DNA from: Podospora anserina
Taxonomy: Eukaryota
Assembly (NCBI GenBank): GCA_017654855.1
Contig: CM030332.1
Span: forward strand, 4,836,001 to 4,900,000
DNA: 64,000 bases
Reading direction: 5' to 3'
Both the position numbers and the translations under genes were made by a program. Below the pieces are notes generated by a model. The model was given only the letters and a program-made list of their open reading frames with translations. It did not search any database and had not been told where the DNA came from. Shown here piece after piece: positions 48,333 to 59,739 of the stretch (its first letter is position 1; the number at the start of each line of letters is the position of its first letter).

Positions 48333-50692
48333 ATGGCCGAGTTTGACGACACGAGTTTATTCCAGGAGGATGATCACAGGGTGAGTGTTTGTAGGGTTTG
48401 GGAGTAGAATTGATTTGATGTGCTGATGAGAGTTGTATTAGGTAGCATACATGTTTACTGCACCACCGACCACCACTGCCGCAACAAATACATCGCCAAC
48501 TACCACAACAAAATCTGCGCCAGGTCGGCCGGCGAAAAGGAGGAGGGTGTCGGAAAAGGATACCGCTGCTCCTCTTCCTGCCCAGGAAAAAGATGATGAA
48601 GGGCGTCAGTGGCCCAGATTGTTCAACGGCTTCGAGTCCCCCTCGGCGGCCGACCTCCGAAAAAAGACCTACGAGTCTGCCTGGCCGGTTTTGGAGAGCG
48701 AGATTGAGAGTGTGCTGAGGGATGCGAACCGCCAGACTCTGGAGGAGGTTGTCGAGTTTTTGAACAGTGATGTTCATGAATGTGAGGGGAGGGGGAGGGT
48801 TCCGGCTGGGTTTATCATCACGGGACCTAATATTGCGGGCCAGGATTTGCTGTTTTCGCAGTTGGGGGATGTGTTGGCTGAACGGGGGGAGGGGAGGGTG
48901 AGGTTTGTACGGTTGAAGGCGGGGGAGGTGGGGAATTTGAAGGGGGGGTTGAAGAGGATTGTTAGGGAGGGGATGGGAGGTCAGGAAGGGGAGAGGATGG
49001 GAGGATGGGAGGGGAGGGAGGAGGTATTTGGATTATGATCTTGAGGCGTTGAGGGTGGAGATGGAGGGGAGGGGAGGGGGGAGGGTGGTGGTTGCTTTTC
49101 AGGATAGTGAGGCTTTTGATACGGGGTTGGTGGGGGAGTTGGTTGGGTTGTTTCAGTGAGTTATATCTTTTTGCAGTAAAAATGGAGAGGGTGGTGCTGA
49201 CAAGGGGAATAGTTCATGGCAGGATCGGATTCAGTTTTCGGTGTTGTTTGGGATTGCTACTTCGGTTGAGCTTTTCCAGGCGAGGCAGCTCAAGGCGACG
49301 GCGAGGCAGCTATACGGGGCGCAGTTTGATGTTGTGCAGGCTAATGCTGTGCTTGAGAGCGTGATCATGGCTGCGGTGGCGGGGGCGAAGGCACAACTGA
49401 GGATCGGGCCGGGGTTGTTGAGGAAGTTGGTGAGAAGGCAGCAGGAGCACGTTGCGGGGGTGGGAGCTTTTGTTAGCTCGCTCAAGGTATGTTTTAGGAA
49501 GACATGTCTCGAGACAGAATATGCTGACCTGAAAACGGTGTAGTATGCGTACATGAACCACTTCTACGCCAATCCGCTAAGCGCTCTACTTGTCGACGGT
49601 CAGAAGCTGGACAAGGAAATTCTACAACCGGAACACCTCGAGGCAGTGAGGATGCTGGAGTCGTTCAAGTCACATGTGGAACAGTCTGTCGAGGACGGAC
49701 GGCTGGATCACGCGCGATTGTTGCTGGAGAACGATGACTATCTCAAGGGTAGAATCAACAGGCAGGCCGCCAAACGACAGCAATATCTAGGAAAGCTCCT
49801 TCAGTCGTTGGCCTTGGTAATTGCTACTGAGCATTCGAAGAGGTCGTTTGTTGAGCTCTACGAGGCAGCTCTGGAGGAAGGGATCTCCCTGGATCAGTCG
49901 CCTGGACCATTCGACCTGGGCGATGCCATCAAACGGTCAACTCCAGAGGAGCTCATTGGTCTCATCAAACGCGTGATGACCGTCGTCGTAGATGGCAACC
50001 CATCTCTTCACTGGAATGGCATGGGCATCGGCCAGGACGCCGAAGCCGCGATCGATAAATTTGAAGCGCTCCGCGCAGATGTGGAACGACTGATAGAGAC
50101 GTCCAAGAAGAAGAAAACCAGCCTCAAGAGCAAATACAGCTCTCAAAGCAGAGTCCTCCGCACAACCGTTGTTGCGCAGAAAGTTCAGCTCAGTCGCGAC
50201 ACAGCCACGCTGACGGAGGAAGACAATGCTTTTACAGCAGCCATCGATGACTTTTTCGCCTTCTTCAAGACTCTCGTGGGCTGCGAGCCACTGTCAAACC
50301 TGTTTCTCAACGAGGTTTGGCAGTACGATTATCACCTGCCCTACGAAGACGTCTTTGTTCCCCGGCCGGGCGCCACGTTTGCCCGCGCATTGTCTCGCCC
50401 GCATGACTACCTTGGCTGTGCTTGTTGCGACAAGGCGAATGGCTCAATGGTGGGGACGCTGCCTGCTACGTCTATTTTGTATCATCTGTACTCCGAGGCG
50501 GGCGCGTCAATCAACGTTGCGGATTTGTGGGCGGCGTACTATGCGCTCGTGGGCGAGGACTCGGAGATCGGGATGGACGAGAGGTCGGCGCTCGTGCTGT
50601 TCTACCGGGGGCTGGCGGAGATGAGAGCCATGGGATTCGTGAAGCAGAGCAAGAAGAAGGCCGATCACATTGCCAAGTTGAAGTGGTTGTGA
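48333..50692 (+). CDS. ORC3: Origin recognition complex subunit 3; exons 48333-48380, 48442-49155 (contains an apparent frameshift at ~48985-49025), 49213-49486, 49544-50692
   Basis: PAGFIITGPN, YLDYDLEAL, VVAFQDSEAFD, LFGIATSVELF, YAYMNHFYANPLS, ALSRPHDYLGC, INVADLW and KKKADHIAKL. Confidence 0.9.
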
Positions 50693-51597
50693 TTCCGGAT
50701 TCGGGGGGTTTCGGGTTGGTGGTGGGTGAAGGTAGGTTTGTCTCAGACCTGCCCGCCGTAGGAATTTTGGTTAGGTTGAGGAGTTGATGAATGCATTGTT
50801 AGCGAGGTCTTTTCAGGAACAAGAGTTTGTTGGAATTTTTCTTTATGCGGGAACAATGTCTTAGAGGACGGATAAAGACAGTAGAAAAGGTACCATTTTT
50901 ATCCCTTAAAGGGGCCAAGTGTAGAAATAGCAGCTCTTCCCGCTGCTGGGACAAAGGGGGCCAGTCAACAAAATGTCACGGCCGCTTTTGGCATCAAACC
51001 GGCCGCTTCAAAGGAAGTGTATTTGGTGATGGTGACTGGGACGGTTATACAAGAAGCCACGAGGTGCCCCTGAGGGGGGTCTGTTTTTCTGTTTTTCTTT
51101 TCCCTCTCTCGCTTTCTAGTTCGGCAACCAAGTATTCTTATCATTACCAACCTAGACAAACTGCTGCAAAAGCGCCACTGTTGTGCTAACACTTAAGACA
51201 ACAACAGTAGAACAAAAACCTCGACTTGTCACTGGCTTTCACCTCTTCCCGAAAGAAGTTATCAACAGTGACTACAACACCCCTTTCGCTGCTGGCAGCA
51301 TCTATTTCACCCCCAGCGGCAGTTTGTTATTTATTTGGGGCTTTTTCATCCCCTCTCTCACATCTTCTAGTTTAATCTCTTCTCTTTTCACACTATCACC
51401 GATCTTTTTTCTCTCATATATTCCAAGACTCTCATCTCATACCCCCTCTCAGTACCACAACTCACTCACTCACCACCAAGAGAGTCCACCACTTAATACC
51501 GGCCACACCACCACCACCACCACCACCGCCGCTGCCTCTTACTTACAAACATCACTTCCACAGCACACAACAGTCACCATTTAACACAAAAACAAAA

Positions 51598-52113
51598 ATG
51601 GACCCAACCTCCCCCCGCTCCCCCCACCGACCCTCCCCCTTCTTCCCCCGTTCCCCCCGCCCGAACCTCACCACCCGCCGCTCCCACATCTCCCCTTCCT
51701 TCGCAGCCAAACTCTCCCAAATGTCCCTCCAGCTCGCCCCCCTGGTCCAGCTCACCACCGGCCTCGTCCACCCCTCCTTCCCCTCCACCCTCCTCAACTT
51801 CTGGCTCTTGACCGAAGCTCAACTCGACGAGATCGCCCACTTTTACCACCAGCGCACACCCTCCGTCTACACCTCCCAGTACCCCTGCCCCGTCTACTGG
51901 CCCTCCGAGGGCATGACCATCGAAGACAAGAGGCGGAAGCTCGGACGGTTCATCGGCCTCCGCGGGTGTGACAGTCCCGTCGTGAACGGGCAGGTGCAAG
52001 AGATGATGGGGTGGAGCGAGGAGCGGATCAGGGAGGAGATTAGGAGGCGGATGGACGGAGAAAGAGAGGGGGAGGAGGCTAGGGGGAAGATGGGTGGTTG
52101 GAGGAGGTTTTGA
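51598..52113 (+). CDS. Hypothetical protein (171 aa)
   Basis: ATG in AAAATG context with strong codon bias. Ordered core HPSFPSTLLNFWLLT..LDEIAHFYHQ..KRRKLGRFIGLRGCDSP. Confidence 0.8.
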   Translation: MDPTSPRSPHRPSPFFPRSPRPNLTTRRSHISPSFAAKLSQMSLQLAPLVQLTTGLVHPSFPSTLLNFWLLTEAQLDEIAHFYHQRTPSVYTSQYPCPVYWPSEGMTIEDKRRKLGRFIGLRGCDSPVVNGQVQEMMGWSEERIREEIRRRMDGEREGEEARGKMGGWRRF

Positions 52114-52684
52114 AAATACAATCTGGTACAAGACAAAGGAAGGAATGGTGGGTATGGAGGAGTAGAGACCGCAATGGCTTGAAGCGAGCGAGTACAGTGA
52201 TGATTTGTTTTCGTTCTTGGATTTGGCTTTTTGGGATGTACACCTAATAATATTCTTGTTTGATATCATGCCTTGCTGTAATCATCAACTTGACGCGAGA
52301 TGAGAGGATGAAGTGTGAACATGAACTGCGACATGAAATAATACTCGGTGCGGTTTATCCTGCCATTACTTCTGCCACAGAGCGCTGAGTCAACCAAGAA
52401 TCCAATCAGGACTGAGATATATGAACCGACCCAATGAATTGCATGTTCCAACCCGTAACGCCATGCAAAAAGATGCTTGCCGTCAACTGAACCTAACCCA
52501 GGTAGGTAACCTGAACCCCCAGCCACGACCCCCTTTACTGTACAGTGGTGTCAAAAATCTCAAGATGAACTGGTCTCTTGTCAAGAAAAAAAGGAAAGAA
52601 AAACACCCGGGCCATTCCCCTTGTCCAAACCACACCTGCTCACGACTACCTCCTCGCCTTGCCCCTCTTGGGTTGGCCAGCTTC

Positions 52685-53507
52685 CTATTTCTTGCCTTTC
52701 CTCTTTCTGGGGCCCCCTTGCGGGGTCGAGGGTCCGTCTACGAGCACAGGCTCATCAGCACTGCTAGTGCTGGGTCTGGTGTTGGACTTTTCCGACTCGG
52801 TGTCCAGCTCCTTCATGAACTCGGTCTGAATGGTGGCACGGCGCTTCTCCCACCATTCCTTCTCCTTGTCGGCTTGGACCTCGATCTCGTCGAGTCTGTC
52901 GCGGAGGACCTTGTTGGCGGCAATTTCGTTGGCGGACTGGAAGATGATTTGGCCCCATCCTGGTACAAGAGCATTGGCCTGGTCATGTCAATCAGCGAGT
53001 GTTCCAAACAAAATGGCAGGCTGGGTCTGAAGCATACCTCCATCACCACATCACGAAGCTCGTCCTCCATCTCCTTCTCGGCGCGCTGGAACCTTTGCCA
53101 CAAGTCATCGCCCACACTTCCGCGCTGCAGGAGAGAGCTGCAGGCCGCTTTCGCTGTTCTAATTTGAATGATGCGGTTGATATCCTCCACGGCGCGGCGC
53201 AAAAGCGCAGCTCTGATGACGCTGTCTGGGATCTTAGGTGCCTTCTCTGAGCCCTCCTCAGGTTCCATGTGCAGAAGAGAGAGGTAGATGTTGCGTTGGA
53301 GATGCGGGCCGAACCATGGCGCAAGGTTGGCGCTTTGGACTGGAGAAGACACAGTTAGCAGTCGATTGGGATGTATGCGCAGCAGAACAGGACCAACGTA
53401 CGAGCTTTCCTCCTCCGGTAGACTGTTGAGAATGTGACAAATGTGCCAGCCAAGACGGCCAGGTAGGCCAGCGGGAGCAGGAGGCCCCGCCAATTGATGT
53501 CGAACAT
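52685..53507 (-). CDS. SEC66: ER translocon subunit Sec66/Sec71; exons 53507-53402, 53339-53038, 52978-52685
   Basis: Single N-terminal TM (LPLAYLAVLAGTFVTFSTVYRRRK), RAALLRRAVEDI, LLQRGSVGDDLW and EANALVPGWGQIIF. Confidence 0.92.
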
Positions 53508-54248
53508 GGTTCCTAGGGTGCGATATCGACGATGGTGTTTCGGCGGATTGGCAAGTGAGTGCGGTGGTGTGTTGGCGGTTGTCGCTACCGATGCAATCGA
53601 TTGACGGCGCACAAAAGAGGATCTCGGGAAAAGACCAAAAGATTCTACCGTGGCCTGGTGTGCGACAATTTTTCTTCTGGGTTTTGTGCAGCTCGGGTGG
53701 CTGTAGAGGTTTAAGGTACAGTGAGCCGAAAGAACAGCTTGACAAACTCCACGTCAACGTGAATTTCGGGGTGCCCGCGTCCCGCATCGGCTGGGGTTAG
53801 GTGGCTTCTCAGCCTGCCAAGCGTTTCTCCCGGCAGGCAAAGACCATCTCTGTTTTAAAACTGCCGCTTCCGTAATCAGCAATATGTGGGGTAGAGGGGC
53901 AACCTTGCTGGACCTTGTCGGCCTTCAACTCCCAGGCACGAGTGAATGACGAAGGCCTGAAAGCTGCGACAGCGCCACGGGAGGACCATCAGAGAAAGAG
54001 CTTCCCCTCCATCCGAGCTTTCACCAAACCCCAGTTTAGGATTCTAGTTTTTACACTACAATATTTTAAACTATTCAAGCTTCTCATAAAGCTTATTCCT
54101 CTTCATATTCACACGGAGGTCTGCGTGGATCCGTGAAGCGACCCCCACTCCAACTGCTCTTCACTGGTTTGCTTCCCAAAGCTGCCATCAACTTGATCTA
54201 CCCACATCAACTCTTCCCACCGTCCCAAGCAGACAGCAAACAATCCCG

Positions 54249-56308
54249 ATGCTTCTCCGGTTGCGAACGCCTGATGGCATGATCCGCCTGACGGTGGAAA
54301 AGAGCAACACCTTCAAACAGCTCGCTGAGCAGCTGTTACCTCAGCTCCCCTCGACAGTCGACCCTCAAACCATCCGGCTCTCCCCCCAGCCCAGCGGTGG
54401 CGAGTCGAAGCTCCTCTCTGAGATTGCAAAGTACAAGTTGGAACAGATAGGTTTAAAGTAAGGCAGCTTGGCGTATTCCGACTAGTAGGCTTACTGACAT
54501 CTCCGGAACAGCCATGGAGACCTTGTGTTTGTCAGTTACAAGCAACAGGATGCTGTTGCAGATGGCAACGCAAACGGCGATGCGTCCGCTCCAACCCTTC
54601 TCGCAAAGACAGCGCGTCTCAACGGAAAGCCGATTCTCCCTACAGAGGACCATCCCATCGACCCACCACCATCCATCGACACCGAGGTGAAACACATCAA
54701 GAACCCCTGGGAGGTTGTGAAGCAGTCCCCTCTTGACGATAGACTGGACAAGAAGGATGGCAAGATTCCACGAGGGAAGGATGCCAAAATGTGCCGTCAC
54801 GGACCCAAGGGGATGTGCGACTACTGCACACCGTTGGACCCCTTCAACCAAACATATCTCGACGAAAAGAAGATCAAGTACATGTCGGTACACGCTTACA
54901 TGCGCAAGACGAACTCGGCGACAAACAAGCCCGAGCTGGGGAGCTCGTTTATTCCTCCTCTTGTCGAGCCGTACTACAGAGTCAAGCGCGACTGCCCATC
55001 AGGACATCCACAGTGGCCGGAAGGCATCTGCACCAAATGCCAACCCAGTGCCATCATTCTTCAGCCTCAAACTTTCCGCATGGTGGATCACGTCGAGTTC
55101 GCTTCTCCGGGCATCATCGACAAGTTTCTTGACGCTTGGCGCCGGACAGGGGCACAACGGTTAGGCATCCTCTATGGTCGGTATATGGAGTATGAGGTTG
55201 TGCCATTGGGAATCAAAGCGGTAGTTGAGGCCATCTATGAGCCTCCACAGATCGATGAAGTTGATGGTGTCTCGCTCAATGCTTGGGAAAATGAGCAAGA
55301 GATCAACCAGATCGCCAAGTTCTGCGGTCTTGAGCAGGTTGGTGTAATATGGACTGATCTTTTGGACGCCGGCAAGGGCGATGGCAGTGCCGTATGCAAA
55401 CGACACGCAGACTCATACTTCCTCGCCTCTCAGGAGGTTTGCTTTGCTGCTCGGATGCAGGCTCAGCACCCCAAGCCATCCAAGTGGAGTGATGCAGGAC
55501 GCTTTGGCTCCAACTTTGTCACTTGTGTCGTCTCTGGTAACGAGCAGGGTGAGATTTCCATTTCAGCTTACCAGATGTCAAACGATGCGGTAGAAATGGT
55601 GAGGGCAGATATCATTGAGCCTTCAGCCGACCCAACACAAATGCTGGTGCGGGAGGAAGAGGAAGACGATGGGTCTGTTAGCAGGACACGCTACATCCCC
55701 GAGGTGTTTTACCGCAGGATCAACGAATACGGCGTCAACGTTCAAGAGAACGCAAAGCCAGCATTCCCGGTCGAATATCTTTTCGTCACGCTTACCCACG
55801 GTTTCCCCGAGTCACCCAAGCCACTGTTTACCGACGAGGGCTTCCCGATCGAGAACAGAGAATATGTTGGCGAGGCGCAACAACCTTCTGCTGTCGCCAA
55901 GGCTCTCAGGGTGAACCAAAAAGGCGACAACAGGCTGCCTGTCTCGGACTTCCACCTTCTCTGCTACATTCACCAAATGAGCGTCCTATCCAAGGTAACA
56001 TTTGCCCGGCAAAGAGGTAGGATCAGTGGCTAACAACGTAGCAGGACGAGGAGGCTTTACTCTGCAAAGTTGCTACCCATCAGGACTTGGCCGAAGCGTT
56101 CCAGTTGCGGGAGACGCCAGGGTTCCAAACCCTTAAGATGATCCTTGAATCCACTGGTGAGAGACTCCCCAAACGCTCCCGATACTCTGACGACATTGCC
56201 AGTTCTCCCGCTGCATCTGCGTCTGGTCGCAAGTCTAAGAGGGACGACACCGGAGAACCACTTGCTAAGCGTTTTGCTGCTGTCAGGCTGAACGATACCC
56301 AACAATGA
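54249..56308 (+). CDS. NPL4: Cdc48 cofactor Npl4; exons 54249-54457, 54512-55994, 56045 (or 56042)-56308
   Basis: N-terminal UBL ([10 protein letters not shown]), zinc fingers [12 protein letters not shown] and [32 protein letters not shown] and FPIENR. Confidence 0.96.
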
Positions 56309-56721
56309 GTTTGCTCCTCATGGCCCGACAGGAGAGAGGAAAGGCAATGCTTTTGGTCTGGGATACCGCGGACGAAAGCAGGGCTGTGTGGCTCCTAGAA
56401 CCATGTCTCTCACATCATTCAACTCGAACGTGGTGGGAGGGATGATCAGGGTGGAATACCGAGCGGTCAAGGAGTTTGGTTTGCGGTGGTTTAACTTGAC
56501 CCTCCACGGTATGGGGATAAATAATATAACCATAAATAGGCCGAATCAAGCACATTGATGACACGGGTTTTTGTTCATGAGTCAAACATTGGGCATCTTC
56601 AATGGATAGATATCCGAGACCAAAAATCAAGCAAAGTCCAAACGCCCCCCAAACAGCAGACATGTAAAAGCAGGTAACATCCAACCGAAAAAAAAGGCCC
56701 TTTTTTACCACTATCAGATTT

Positions 56722-57790
56722 TCAAGAATCATACTCGGACCCTGTCACCACCTCGGCTTCTTTCCCACTTTTCTCCTCTTCGGGGGTTGCTGTTGGTTCA
56801 GAAGCCACCGACGAGGATGGCTTCTTCTGACCAAAATGATGAGAAGCAGGGTGAACCATCTCCCGGAACCCGACGCCCCGGCCCTTCATCCACCTGTGCA
56901 GCGGCTTCCAGTCGACGCAGACGTTGGGCTGGGGGACCTTGACGCTGGGCTTGAGGGTGGAGTGATCGGTCCAGTGGAGGGTGTAGACGTTTGTGTCGGC
57001 GGTGCAGAGGACGAGCTGGCGGAGGGACTCGAGGCAGTGGTCGACGTGGGAGGTGAGGTCGGACCAGGTTTCGTTTCCGGGGGTCGTGGAGATGTCTGGG
57101 TAGTAGTAGGTTGGGTGGAGGTATTGTTTTATTCTTTTCTGGAAGAAGGGTCAGTTTGGCGCGGGAATAGGTGTGGGAGGGGGGAGGGGGTGGTGGTAAG
57201 GGGTGACATACCAGGCAGTGTAGCGAGTGGCTCACTCCCAGACCGCCTACGTACCCGCCTCCCTCTCGACTGATGGAGACTGCGTTGCCGGCCTTTTTGA
57301 GCTCGTCCTCGCTGAAGTAGATGAGGGTTCCGTCTAGGAGGTCGTGCCAGGCTTTGTCGAGTTCGGGGCGGGGTTCGCCGAGGAATTTGGAGGTGTCGGG
57401 GTCGGTGTTCATGAATTTGTTTGTGTAGGTTACTGGGGCGGGTGCTATTTTCACTATTAATTATCATGATTGAGGGGGTATGAGGGAGTACATACAAAAG
57501 GGGATTTTGACCTCGGGGTTGTCGCCTGTGGTTGGTAGTATTGGACATGTTGATGAGTAGCTCTTTGGATAGGAGGTGTAATGGTATGTGAAGGCGGCGG
57601 TTAAGGAGAGAATTACGGTCACGCTTGAGACAAGGAGAGTGTAGAAGCGTCTTTTCCAGATGAGAGACTCATCGACGTATGGAGGCGGTGGCGGGGTGAG
57701 AGACTCTCCATCGTGATCTCTTTGGTGGTTGGATGGTAGTTGTGAGAGCAGAGGTGTGTAGTGAGGCTTTTCGTCCAGACTGGACATCAT
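56722..57790 (-). CDS. UstYa-family (DUF3328) oxidase, ~314 aa; exons 57790-57496, 57444-57212, 57138-56722
   Basis: N-terminal TM helix, GEPRPELDKAWHDLL, first HxxHC (HSLHC), second HxxHC (HVDHC) then LESLRQLVLCTADT, and CVDWKPLHRW. Two canonical introns. Confidence 0.93.
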
Positions 57791-59433
57791 CTTAAAGAGA
57801 CTCGATATGTTTCTATGTGGGCTTTAGAAGATAACAGAGAACCACTCAAGGACAGCATTCGTGTTGGCATTCTGCGGACTTGCGTTGGTTTTGGAAAGAT
57901 CGAGATCACGCCGATCATCTTTTCCCCTCTCCCCATCCCCTCACAACATACATCATCCCGCAGAGGTCAGGAATATGGAGACGGAAGGCTAAACACACCC
58001 CGCTCTCCAAGCCAGCCGGACCTTTTGACGTTGGACGCGCTATCCCGTACGATGCGGGCTAGAAGTGCCGGGTGGTACGTTTATTTACTTCGGCATGTAG
58101 GGCTTACTCTTGGACTTCTAGACTTTTGACCCTTTGGAATGACAGGGGAGAGGTTCGGCCTGGCATGGGATATGAGGATGATGAGATGGAAGGAAGTTTG
58201 TGTTCCCATGAACAATTTAAGTTGATATTTTCATTATGAGGAGAACCCCTTCCCTATAGTACCGCGTTCCTGGGCTTGGAGTTATTTTTGGTTCATGTTG
58301 TTCATCATGAACTTCCCAACCTCGAGAGTTGATGGAAAGATGCTTCCAAAAACACTCCGATTTATGAGGTCCAGCCTTCATGTAAAGAAACGTCGCATTT
58401 ACAACCTAACTTACCTTTCCGAGCCGCAAGCAACTGTTCAGCAGAACAGGGTAGCTATGTGGCTGACTCCTGTGCCGACGGTTCGCATTGTTTGGCTATG
58501 GGGTTGAGAAGTCCTACACTAGGTCTGATCGAATACGGGGTCATGGTCCGTGATTCCACGTTGCCATGTCCCATCGTGTCGACCGTTTCATTGACCCAGG
58601 CTCAGAGGGCTGGGAAAAGCGGTTCTTTGACGCAAGAGGAGATAGATTAACGGAGTATGGAAGCCCGGGTCGGTTTCTTTTCTCGAATCGGTATGCTTTG
58701 CAGTTCAATTACGTTTCCCTCTTTCTTGGGATTCTGGACTCTTTTCTTGGGTCAATAATCTTCATCGGATTTTTGCTTGTGTAAGTGGTGTGTACAAGCT
58801 TGGCTTTCCCCAGAGAAAGCCTACCAAAAGCATGGTGTAACAGGTCCCAAGAGTAAGCACTCTAAAAACACCACACCCTGAATACCGATCCAAGACCGCT
58901 GGTCCGGTGCGGATACAAGGACTGCCGCTCTTGGGTAGTTTTCGTGGCTGGCTCCTACAGAAAGCACGGTTCGGCGAGCGCTCCTTGATGCCTATTTCAC
59001 TCTACCTGCGGTCTTGTTGGCAGCCCACCTACCGAACCGAACCTCCGGCTTGCCGTGAGCCATTGGAACGCTTCCAGTGCAGAATCAGAAAGTGAGCGAT
59101 ATCCGACTGCTACACTGGTGAAAGCGTGCTAGCCTCGGCAGTTTCGACTCCCTCAGAAGAAACCGTTGGATACTACCAGCCACATCCGTAAAGTCTAGGC
59201 ACCTTAAGTCCTAGAGTGATTGTCTCGATCGAAGCCGAGATGTCTACTCTTGGTACGCTTTCGAGCTGATCAGTCGTCATGGATCCCAGAAAGGAGGACT
59301 TGAGGGGGTCTCAATCAATCTTGTGTATTGTGGGCATAATAAGTAGAAGTCGAGTCCAGTTTTCGAATCTGGAATTGCCTTCTTACTCCGGTCCCTCAAT
59401 CAACCATCGCAGAGTCACGCCCAGTCCCACAAA

Positions 59434-59739
59434 ATGAAGTTCACTGTTCTCCTCTTTGCTCTTTCAGCAATGATCGTGTCGTCTTTGGCGGCCCCAGTTC
59501 CCCAAGGGAAAATTTCTTACATTGGCCTTGATGTGCCAGATGATGCGGTTGAGCAATGTACGTTTTCTTGGCCCCCTTGTCTACTGCTCAAGATTCTGCC
59601 ACCAGACCTAACAAGAGGAATCATAGGCAAGATACCCAATGGGCCAGGGGGCCCTGAGTCACGTCACAAGAGAGATGGCACAATGGAATTCGACGTTGAC
59701 CTCTGCATACTCAAAAAGAGGGCAGCTCGAGAGAGCTAA
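59434..59739 (+). CDS. Small secreted peptide (78 aa spliced), candidate RiPP precursor; exons 59434-59557, 59627-59739
   Basis: Signal peptide MKFTVLLFALSAMIVSSLA/AP and an AAAATG start context. A 69-nt intron has GTACGT..CCTAAC..TAG signals. Product: APVPQGKISYIGLDVPDDAVEQCKIPNGPGGPESRH-KR-DGTMEFDVDLCIL-KKR-AARES. Confidence 0.75.
   Translation: MKFTVLLFALSAMIVSSLAAPVPQGKISYIGLDVPDDAVEQCTFSWPPCLLLKILPPDLTRGIIGKIPNGPGGPESRHKRDGTMEFDVDLCILKKRAARES

Noticed and set aside
52421-53167. 248-aa plus-strand ORF
   Set aside because: Antisense to SEC66 exons 2-3 with no independent support.
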